The notes beneath the pieces were generated by a model, which did no database searches, had not been told where the DNA came from, and saw only the letters and a list, made by a program, of their open reading frames with translations. Position numbers and translations under genes: made by a program. This document shows positions 17,333 through 24,583 of a DNA stretch of 24,583 bases, piece after piece (positions within the stretch are counted from its first letter, which is position 1; every line of letters starts with the position of its first letter). The DNA is from Candidatus Sigynarchaeum calidifontis (GTDB lineage Archaea > Asgardarchaeota > Lokiarchaeia > Sigyniarchaeales > Sigyniarchaeaceae): assembly GCA_030587475.2 (NCBI GenBank), contig JAUQYZ020000119.1:1-24583 (forward strand), in the 5' to 3' direction.

Positions 17333-17920
17333 TTATTTTCGACTTCGTGCCTTTTTCACGACGTCAGCATACAAGTCGGCACCGTGGGCATCCTGGGCCA
17401 CGATCAAGGGGCCGAACTTCTCCACTTCGAGGATCCAAGCCGCCTCGGGGATGCCGAGATCGATCCACGCCACGTCGACGACATACTTGATGGCTTGCCT
17501 TGCCAGCAATGCTGCCCCGCCCACGAAAGCGAGGTAACAGCCCCCGAGCCCGTGCCAGTCGACCCCCCGCATGCCCGCCTTGCCGATGATCGCGTGGATG
17601 TCATATCGTTTCATCACGTCTCTCTCGACGGCACTCATCCGGGCACTCGTGGTCGGCCCAGCTGCCTTGATGTCCCAGGTGCCGTCCTCCAGCTTCCTGG
17701 CGACGGGCCCGCAATGGTAGAGCACTTTATGCTCGATTGCCGAGGCGAGAGCACGCGGGATGTTCACACCAGGATCCAGCAAACGTTCGTGGGTCGCGTC
17801 TCGGGCAGTGATGATCGTGCCGCTCAAGAACACGACATCGCCGGCGTGGAGCGACCTTGCTTTTTCAGCCGTGAATGGCGTCTCGATGGTCATCGGCGTT
17901 TTTTTACCCTCGGGACTCAT
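17333..17920 (-). CDS. Fe-S hydro-lyase (class I fumarate hydratase / tartrate dehydratase) beta subunit
   Basis: LHAGDVVFLSGTIITARDATH, YHCGP, AGPTTSARM, IIGKAGM and FGPLIVAQDAHG. ATG 17920 overlaps the alpha-subunit stop (ATGA). Confidence 0.92.
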   Translation of the reverse strand: MSPEGKKTPMTIETPFTAEKARSLHAGDVVFLSGTIITARDATHERLLDPGVNIPRALASAIEHKVLYHCGPVARKLEDGTWDIKAAGPTTSARMSAVERDVMKRYDIHAIIGKAGMRGVDWHGLGGCYLAFVGGAALLARQAIKYVVDVAWIDLGIPEAAWILEVEKFGPLIVAQDAHGADLYADVVKKARSRK

Positions 17921-18801
17921 TCGTGCGCTTCCTCCTTCACCTTGTAGGAACCATCGGCGTTCACGCGCACGTGCGCGTGGCGATGGGCGTAACATTCCAC
18001 CACGACGCCCACGGGATAGGAGGCCGGGTGACGGGGCATGGCCTCCACGTGCACGGCGATGCATGTAGTGTCCCCTCCGAGGCCCATGGGACCGATGCCC
18101 GTCTCGTTCACCTCGCCGAGGACCCGCTGCTCGAGAGCCGCCGTTGCCGTGTCGTGATTTGGTTTCCCGAGATCTCGCAAGAGCGCTTTCTTGGCGAGCG
18201 CGATGCAGCCGCTAGCCCCACCGCCGAGGCCGATGCCGATGATGACCGGCGGGCATGGCTTGCCGCCGGCTTCGATCATCAAATCGGCAACGAGTTCCGG
18301 GATGCATTCGAGTGCCCCGATGGGCTCCAGCATAAATAAACGCGACATGTTCTCCGACCCGCCTCCTTTGAGCATCACGTCCATCTCCAGCGCGTCGCCA
18401 GGCACGATCCTTATCGTGACGTCGGGTAGGCCGGGGCCGGTGTTGTCCGGATACTTTTGCTCGGAGACCGGGTCGATCGAGTTAGGCCTGAGCGGGACAT
18501 CCCTTGTTGCCCGCACGATTCCGGCCTCGATGGCGGCGTAGATGCCAGCCTGCACCGGGAATTTCTCGCCGAGCGCTGCGAAAACATGGATGATACCTGT
18601 ATCCTGGCAATACGGGGCGCATTGCTTAACACCGAGATCGAGATTTGCCAGGATAATTTCCAGCTGCTGTCTTGCGAGCGGGAACGACTCCTTCTCAAGC
18701 GCTGCGGCGAGCAAACCACGCACATCCTTCCGCACGCGCGTCGCAGCGACGCCCATCGCCTTGGCGAGGGCCTCGGCAATGCGGGGAATCATGTCAACCA
18801 T
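17917..18801 (-). CDS. Fe-S hydro-lyase (class I fumarate hydratase / tartrate dehydratase) alpha subunit
   Basis: PYCQDTG, PLRPN, KGGGSEN, KPCPP, GIGPMGLGG and HPAS...ECYAHR. Confidence 0.93.
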   Translation of the reverse strand: MVDMIPRIAEALAKAMGVAATRVRKDVRGLLAAALEKESFPLARQQLEIILANLDLGVKQCAPYCQDTGIIHVFAALGEKFPVQAGIYAAIEAGIVRATRDVPLRPNSIDPVSEQKYPDNTGPGLPDVTIRIVPGDALEMDVMLKGGGSENMSRLFMLEPIGALECIPELVADLMIEAGGKPCPPVIIGIGLGGGASGCIALAKKALLRDLGKPNHDTATAALEQRVLGEVNETGIGPMGLGGDTTCIAVHVEAMPRHPASYPVGVVVECYAHRHAHVRVNADGSYKVKEEAHE

Positions 18802-19070
18802 GGCACACCAGCAATGTAATGATCACGCCTCCCAATAAAAAGCAGTGTCGAAGCCGCGCTGGACACCGTGTCGCCAGCAAGTGTTTACCTACATTTTCCC
18901 GCGCAATCCTAGGTGATCTGTTATCATTTTTTTTTGTCCACTTGGACTCGCTCGTTAATTGCCTGGATCTGGTTCCCGGCTCGCGCGGCTCGTGGATTAC
19001 CCCCGTGTAGCTCGCTCATAAATCGACCTTTCTCTGGAGTCTCCCCGATCAAGGAAGGCACCGATGCCCG

Positions 19071-21020
19071 ATGGAACAGCAGCCGTTCGTCGATTTCTAC
19101 AGGCGGTTCGTCCGGTTCAAGCAAGGGCATCCGGAAACGTGGGTCGAGCAAGCCGCCGACTTCTTCTCGGCCGAGGCCCGGCGCAAGTGGAAGCGGTTTC
19201 CGGCCTATTGCAAGGCGCTCAAGAAAGCTTTCCTTTCGGTGCCCGCGTTCCGCGAGCACGGCATCGTGGAGGGGGTCGAACCCTCTGTTTCTGCTTTCAT
19301 CCTGAAAGATTTTTTCCCGTTCGTGCAGCGTTGGTTCCAGCTCGCCACGGGCATCTCCCCGCCGAACGTGACCCTCCGCGACGCGCGCATCGTGTACAAG
19401 GGCGAGGCCATGTACCAGTTCCAGCTTCTGATCCCCGCGGCGACGTTCAAGGCTTTGGACGAGGGCGTGCTCGACTTCGGCGAATTGGCAAAACCCATGA
19501 ACGCGCGATCCATGGTACATTTCATTTTCAGCAAGCTCATCGCTTCTTTGAATCCAATTCTTAAAAAAGTTATCAACATCAACTGGCAAGTCGTCCAGCT
19601 CACGAACCTTCTTGAAATCGGCCTTGATGGCATGCGCATCACGGTACTCATGTCCTTCAACGATTATTCTTGCAAGGATCTCCAGATGGCCTATTTTAAC
19701 GGGCATTTGCTCGATTTCATAGAAGAAACGTTCGGAGCCATAGAAAATGCTCAAACAAGGAAATTACTGCTCCAAAAGAAGAAGCAGTTCCAGGAACTCG
19801 CCCGTGCCAGCTTCAACACTAGCCAGGAAGATGTACTCGGTACGGTCAAGCACTTCGAAGCGAAAGCCATCATCACGGGACGTGTCGATCCCCTCTACGA
19901 GCTGCTTGCTGCCTTGATCTCCAAGCTCGACCTCGGCATCACGCCGGTGCAGCAGCTCATGCGCGAGTTTAACGATGCCAACGACTTCACGGAGCAAGAC
20001 ACGCTGCTCTGGGGATACTTGTTCGACCTGGTCCTCCGCCAGGCGCTGCTCTACGAGACATTCCACGCTAACCTCGCCATTTTCAAGGAAAACGCCCGCC
20101 AGGTTTTCATGATCATCTTGCAGTACTACCTCATCGACCTGGGGCGGGATGCCTTGTCAGAGAAGATGTTCCGCGGCGTGGAGCTGCACGACAAGATCCA
20201 TGCGATGATCTCCGTAGCCAAAAGCCGCGAGGATGCCGAGCCATCGATCAAGGCGTTTTCGACCAGTTTCCAGCAATTTCTCGTAAACCATTTCAAGATC
20301 CAGGGCATGGATGAATACGACACCTTCATAACGTGCTTGTTCGGTAAATCTGTCGAGCGCCTTAACTCGAGATTTTTTGCAGCCTTTCTCAAGACAAGCC
20401 ACGAGCAGATTATCGCGAACCTGGAAAAATTGAATGAGAACGTGCCGGTTAAGCGACGGATCACGTTTTCAAGCCTCGTGCACTATATCTCGGAATTCTT
20501 GCTGTTTTGCTTGAAGCGGGTATTTTTCAAAGGAGATCTCGCTATGGCCTCAAGACAATTCAAGGATCCCGTGAGTCGCTTCTCCGAGGATAACATTGCG
20601 AATGCCATAGTCGAGATCCTCTTGTACCGCGAGCTACCATTTCACGAGAATCACTGGATGGCGACGATGGCGGTCGAGTTTAAAAACAGGATCGACATGG
20701 CCATCCTTGCCGACGTGCGCGATCGCATCAATGCAATATCCCCGGCGGTTCTTGTCAACTACGCGATGCACGACCGAGCCCTCAAGCCCACCACGGCCCT
20801 CTTGCACGAGCGTTTCTTTTCGGAGATCATCGAACCTTTCTTCGCGTTCCACCAGTTCCTCGAGACAAACGTGGCCAGAAAGGATCTCGATTGGGTCTCG
20901 TTCGTTACGGTAGTCAACCGGTTCTTCACGGATCGTTGCCACGATCGAAAGTTGGATGCCCGTGCCGCGGAGCGCATCGCGCGGATCGTTGCCACCATTA
21001 TCGACCGGCCTCATGAGTGA
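19071..21020 (+). CDS. Hypothetical protein, 649 aa, soluble, Phe-rich, probably mostly helical
   Basis: Long ORF with host-like codon usage and AAGGAAGG upstream; no recognised motif. Confidence 0.8.
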   Translation: MEQQPFVDFYRRFVRFKQGHPETWVEQAADFFSAEARRKWKRFPAYCKALKKAFLSVPAFREHGIVEGVEPSVSAFILKDFFPFVQRWFQLATGISPPNVTLRDARIVYKGEAMYQFQLLIPAATFKALDEGVLDFGELAKPMNARSMVHFIFSKLIASLNPILKKVININWQVVQLTNLLEIGLDGMRITVLMSFNDYSCKDLQMAYFNGHLLDFIEETFGAIENAQTRKLLLQKKKQFQELARASFNTSQEDVLGTVKHFEAKAIITGRVDPLYELLAALISKLDLGITPVQQLMREFNDANDFTEQDTLLWGYLFDLVLRQALLYETFHANLAIFKENARQVFMIILQYYLIDLGRDALSEKMFRGVELHDKIHAMISVAKSREDAEPSIKAFSTSFQQFLVNHFKIQGMDEYDTFITCLFGKSVERLNSRFFAAFLKTSHEQIIANLEKLNENVPVKRRITFSSLVHYISEFLLFCLKRVFFKGDLAMASRQFKDPVSRFSEDNIANAIVEILLYRELPFHENHWMATMAVEFKNRIDMAILADVRDRINAISPAVLVNYAMHDRALKPTTALLHERFFSEIIEPFFAFHQFLETNVARKDLDWVSFVTVVNRFFTDRCHDRKLDARAAERIARIVATIIDRPHE

Positions 21021-21059
21021 CGCGGGCGTATCAAGCGAATAAAAAAGTATTGAATGGAA

Positions 21060-22049
21060 TTAAGACTTGAAGAAGGAGAGCTCGATCGCCACGTGCTGTT
21101 TCTTGTCACACGCATCCTTGCACTTGCCGCAAAGGATGCATTCGCCATTCCCGCTTATCTTTGCATATGGTTCATCTATAATTCGGATTTGCATGGGACA
21201 AGCGAGTTCACACGCACCGCATTCCTTGCGGCCGACGCATTTCGTTGGATTACGCGAAAGTGCGATGATGGCGTGTTTGGCAAATGGGCGAGTAAGCGCC
21301 CCGTAGGGGCACAAGTACCGGCAATACGAACGGGGAAAGTAAAAGGTCAAGATGATGACGACGAGGTAGAAGAGCCCCTGGATGATGACCAACCAGTTGT
21401 TGGCCAAGTAATCGAGGTTTTGATCGACCGCCAGCTCGTTCGTGACCCGGGGGACGAACACGAAAAGAAATTCGTCGAGACTCCAGAAGCCGAGTGGATT
21501 TTTGCCAAAATCGCCTAGCGTCTGGAGATAGAGCGTGTAGGTTGTCTTGTCCGTGATGAAAACAGCAGGGACTGTGAAGATCAAGAGCAGTCCAAGAATC
21601 CAGTTCTTGACGCGTGACAAGAAGGGGTGCGAGGTCACGCTCACTTGCCGGGTGTTGTTGGTTACTTCTCCGGCCCAGCCGAAGATATCTTGGATGAAAC
21701 CCGCCGGGCACATCCAGCCGCATGCCGAACGGCCGAAAATGATCGTGATGATGATAACGAGCCCCAACAAGAAGAGCGGGAAAATCTGGGCCACGAACGA
21801 GCCAAGCATGATCTCGAGAAACCCGCCGCTGTCGGAGAACGTCGACCGGGGCGAGCTTAAGAAGGGAACATAGCGAAAGAGGGTCTCGAAGAACGACAGA
21901 TCGGTCGCAAACACGCCACCCCAGAACACCGCGTTCAAGAAGATGATCACGAACAATTGGATTATCCGGCGGGCAAGCGTTAGCTTGGAGACCTGGGATA
22001 TTTGCGATTTGAAGGACTTTCGTGGTTCAACCGTCTCGGACTCTTGCAT
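21060..22049 (-). CDS. 4Fe-4S binding membrane protein (NapH/MauN/YccM-like)
   Basis: RRIIQ, GRSACGWMCPAG, YCRYLCPYGAL, C....ECGACELACPM and ECILCGKCKDAC; 4-5 TMs. Confidence 0.9.
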   Translation of the reverse strand: MQESETVEPRKSFKSQISQVSKLTLARRIIQLFVIIFLNAVFWGGVFATDLSFFETLFRYVPFLSSPRSTFSDSGGFLEIMLGSFVAQIFPLFLLGLVIIITIIFGRSACGWMCPAGFIQDIFGWAGEVTNNTRQVSVTSHPFLSRVKNWILGLLLIFTVPAVFITDKTTYTLYLQTLGDFGKNPLGFWSLDEFLFVFVPRVTNELAVDQNLDYLANNWLVIIQGLFYLVVIILTFYFPRSYCRYLCPYGALTRPFAKHAIIALSRNPTKCVGRKECGACELACPMQIRIIDEPYAKISGNGECILCGKCKDACDKKQHVAIELSFFKS

Positions 22050-22113
22050 GTCGCGCTCGACCAGGGGTTCGGTATGGATCGGGAACGCGTGTTGGTTTAA
22101 TACACTTGCTGGT

Positions 22114-22602
22114 TCAGTTCTTTGCCAGGTTTACCATCGATGGTTGCAACCCGGCCCCGCGAAACGCTGCACGCACCATGTTGTCCAAGGAATCCGGTTC
22201 ATCGCCAAGTAGCCCCTCGTAAAGATGGGAAGGGCACGTGTCGCAATCCGAGTTGCCGAAATTCATGATAGGCGTGAAGCGACCATCCATGGTATTTAAT
22301 GCCATCGATATCTCGCATTCCTTGCGGGTGGTCGTGATGGCGAGGTAGATCGCGCGGATGTCAAGGTGTTCGAGCAAGTAATCGATGTGCCAGTGCTTGT
22401 TCTTGGCCGGTGCCGCGAGGTGTCGCCCGACACGTCTCGCCAGGCCGTTCAGCGCGGACCCGATGTAGAAGTAAGACTTGGTCGGGGCGACTTGCACGGT
22501 TCCGAGCCTCCCGATGTCGATGCTTTTGCGTTCTTTAGCGATCATGCAAAGCACGTACATGCCAGGATCTCGAGGAATGGCCACCCTTCCAGGAATCGTC
22601 AT
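22114..22602 (-). CDS. GIY-YIG (Uri superfamily) nuclease-family protein, DUF123
   Basis: PGMYVL, YFYIGSALNGLARRVGRH, HWHIDYL, EC and FGNSDC..CPSHL. Confidence 0.9.
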   Translation of the reverse strand: MTIPGRVAIPRDPGMYVLCMIAKERKSIDIGRLGTVQVAPTKSYFYIGSALNGLARRVGRHLAAPAKNKHWHIDYLLEHLDIRAIYLAITTTRKECEISMALNTMDGRFTPIMNFGNSDCDTCPSHLYEGLLGDEPDSLDNMVRAAFRGAGLQPSMVNLAKN

Positions 22603-24215
22603 GTAGAGACCTCTGATGCTATGAGCTTGACGATTTTTCCCGGGATATCGATAACGTCATCGTATAAAACGGGCACCGCCCCTCGTTCAAGGAAGAGTTG
22701 GTAGTTCTCCTTGTTATAATTGTCTCGAGGCACGGGCACGAAGAATTTCTTGCATGATTTGATGACTTGTTCAGCGAGATCGAAGTCTATCCGCCCGCCG
22801 ATGGTCTCTTGCAAGTCCGAGATGAAGAATACGATAGTCTCCTCTGGCATGGGCGGCTTGAACGGGTCGCCTCGTGTCGGTTTCCCTGTGAGCAGCGTCT
22901 CGAGAACGGCATTCATGTCAGTCATGCCCATCGTGTTCTCCGTGAGCAAGCCGAGGAATTCCTCGCGGGCACGGGCGCGGGACATGCGAGAATGGTTGAT
23001 CGCGAACGTGTCGTTTGAAAATGACACGAACACGATCTCGGATTCCATGTCCTTGTCGAGGGCGTCGATCAAGCCTTGGAAGAGCTCGACCTGACCGATA
23101 TACGAGGCGATCATGGAGCCTGACATGTCGTTCACGAGGATGAGGTTCCTCGACGATGCCTTGATACGCTGCTTGTAAACCGGCGTCCACATCTGCATCT
23201 TCTTCATGGTGCTGAAGAGCGTCCCCTTCACGTCGAAATCCTTTTGCAAGAAAGCTTGGACGAGGGCGTTCAAGTCCTTGAGCAAGCCCTCTCGCGTGAA
23301 GAATTCCTTGAAAAACGACGCTACCAGGCCGATGATCGCCTTCCGTCGCCCTTGCGGGAGGTCACGCTGGAGGTATTTGCGGATGAGCGAGGACACGGGG
23401 TCGTCCGCGTCGACTATTTGGATTTTCAAGCGCTCGGCGGGGCTGGATCGCATGAGCAAGCTGAGTGTGGTGAGCTCGTCCGTGTTCTCGAACTCCAGGA
23501 TGTCGTCGAACTTGATGATGCCCGTGAGGAACGCATTGACCGAGAAGCGCGTGAATTCTTGCTTGACGGTCTCGGTCTGCGCCGCGATCTTGTCGATCGT
23601 GAGCATGCTCTCCTTGAGATATAGCATGTCGTTCTGCGTGAGCAAGTGCATGTTCTCGGACAGCGTCTTCAGTGCCGAGACGGCCTTGTCGCTGATCTTC
23701 TCCTTGTGCTTGAAGAACCGCAAGGCTTCTTGGAAACTCATGAGCCCGGTCGGATCGCTCGCGTGGATCGCAAAGAGTCCTTTCACCGCTTCGACGACGA
23801 TTTCCCTCTCGATGTTCAGGTTCTGGATGAGGAAATTGGCCTGCGTGGGGAGCGTGTCGAGGTACTTCAAGTACCGCCCGAGGTCTTGCATGCGTTTCGA
23901 GACGCGGATACCAAACCGGTTGCGCAATATTTCGAGGAGGTGCGGCCACAAGTTCAATTCCTCTGACACGATGGGGTGCAGCTGCACGCGGCCCGCTTCG
24001 TCGACCTTGACGAGCTTGTACCTCTCGAGCGCGGCGATTGGATCGAAAGTCACGCCGAGTTTTTTCAATGCGGCGGAAATTTCCTTCACGGTCGGTACCT
24101 TGCCGGCCAGGCTCTGCTGGATGAGATTGTCCAGCACGATTTCCAGCGTGGACCGCTTGATGTCGCTCGAGGAGAAGAGCCGCGCCAGGTCGGCTGGGGA
24201 GAAGGTAAAACTCAT
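22599..24215 (-). CDS. vWA domain protein, CoxE/ViaA-like, with possible N-terminal winged helix
   Basis: FDVKGTL linker, MIDAS LVNDMSGSM, VSFS, GMTD and FFISD; the N-terminal two-thirds look helical. Confidence 0.82.
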   Translation of the reverse strand: MSFTFSPADLARLFSSSDIKRSTLEIVLDNLIQQSLAGKVPTVKEISAALKKLGVTFDPIAALERYKLVKVDEAGRVQLHPIVSEELNLWPHLLEILRNRFGIRVSKRMQDLGRYLKYLDTLPTQANFLIQNLNIEREIVVEAVKGLFAIHASDPTGLMSFQEALRFFKHKEKISDKAVSALKTLSENMHLLTQNDMLYLKESMLTIDKIAAQTETVKQEFTRFSVNAFLTGIIKFDDILEFENTDELTTLSLLMRSSPAERLKIQIVDADDPVSSLIRKYLQRDLPQGRRKAIIGLVASFFKEFFTREGLLKDLNALVQAFLQKDFDVKGTLFSTMKKMQMWTPVYKQRIKASSRNLILVNDMSGSMIASYIGQVELFQGLIDALDKDMESEIVFVSFSNDTFAINHSRMSRARAREEFLGLLTENTMGMTDMNAVLETLLTGKPTRGDPFKPPMPEETIVFFISDLQETIGGRIDFDLAEQVIKSCKKFFVPVPRDNYNKENYQLFLERGAVPVLYDDVIDIPGKIVKLIASEVST

Positions 24216-24278
24216 GTTAATGTCAGTATATTTGGGTGACCAACCTACATATATTTGAACGATGGGCTACCAGGTAGC

Positions 24279-24583
24279 GTGAGTCGCGTGAGCAATCCCG
24301 ACGAGAATCCAGTGGACGCGTTCAAGAAGCTCTTGAACGAGGAGACGACGGTGCAGAAAACCGTCCGGAGCGTTTCATCGAAGCCGACCCTCGAATACTT
24401 GATGAATCCGCTTCCCTTGTCCCCCATGTTGCTGGATGCTTTCAAAGATCCGGTCAAGGCCTTGAAAAAATTCATGGCCCAGCATGTATCGAAGGTCCAG
24501 GAGGATCTTGTCGAATTCGAGGGCTTGATACTCCCGCGCAACGCGGTCTCGCTCGCCGTCGCCTCTATATTCGAATACGCCAT
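24279..24583 (+). CDS. Hypothetical protein, N-terminal part, runs off the window (not in the ORF track)
   Basis: Open frame from GTG 24279 or 24288: VSRVSNPDENPVDAFKKLLNEETTVQK...EFEGLILPRNAVSLAVASIFEYA, with host-typical AAG/TTC/GAG codons. Confidence 0.7.
   Translation, partial: MSRVSNPDENPVDAFKKLLNEETTVQKTVRSVSSKPTLEYLMNPLPLSPMLLDAFKDPVKALKKFMAQHVSKVQEDLVEFEGLILPRNAVSLAVASIFEYA

Noticed and set aside
18672-19070. Possible TAG readthrough at 19008-19010 into the in-frame 649-aa ORF
   Set aside because: The upstream frame overlaps the hydratase antisense, looks non-coding, and ATG 19071 has its own purine-rich RBS.
18924-19754. 276-aa antisense ORF
   Set aside because: Mirror frame of the 649-aa gene.
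23206-24258. 350-aa plus-strand ORF
   Set aside because: Ser-rich antisense shadow of the vWA gene.
24245-24583. 112-aa minus-strand ORF as an upstream operon partner of vWA
   Set aside because: Ser/Phe-rich antisense mirror; the plus-strand frame has host-like codons.
1-24583. tRNA, rRNA, CRISPR arrays, selenoprotein UGA recoding
   Set aside because: None seen by eye in the short intergenic regions or ORFs; a covariance-model scan was not possible.

Overview
Archaeal chromosomal DNA, most likely from an Asgard archaeon (Lokiarchaeia-like; inferred from eS26, class I LysRS, two stand-alone Rab-like GTPases, an archaetidylinositol-phosphate-synthase-like gene, a PGF/Loki-CTERM-like tail and GGTGA-type RBSs). 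In order: 3' part of an ABC transporter (first ~220 bp compositionally foreign), NIPA/DMT transporter, AEC transporter, GT87 glycosyltransferase, plant-type glucuronokinase-like GHMP kinase plus GH51 arabinofuranosidase, GPH sugar symporter, thiolase, Rab-like GTPase, lysS, CDP-alcohol phosphatidyltransferase, rps26e (apparent ATT start), a complete 1719-bp IS5/IS1182-like element with a -1-frameshifted transposase, a PPC-domain surface protein, a second Rab-like GTPase, TrmB regulator, two-subunit Fe-S fumarate/tartrate hydratase, a 649-aa orphan, NapH-like ferredoxin membrane protein, DUF123 GIY-YIG protein, CoxE-like vWA protein and the start of a divergent unknown gene. The best candidates for new biology are the glucuronokinase-like/GH51 sugar-salvage module, the AUU-initiated eS26, the IS with an internally duplicated DNA-binding module, and the vWA/GIY-YIG/ferredoxin locus. 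All family calls are from motif recognition by eye; no searches were run.
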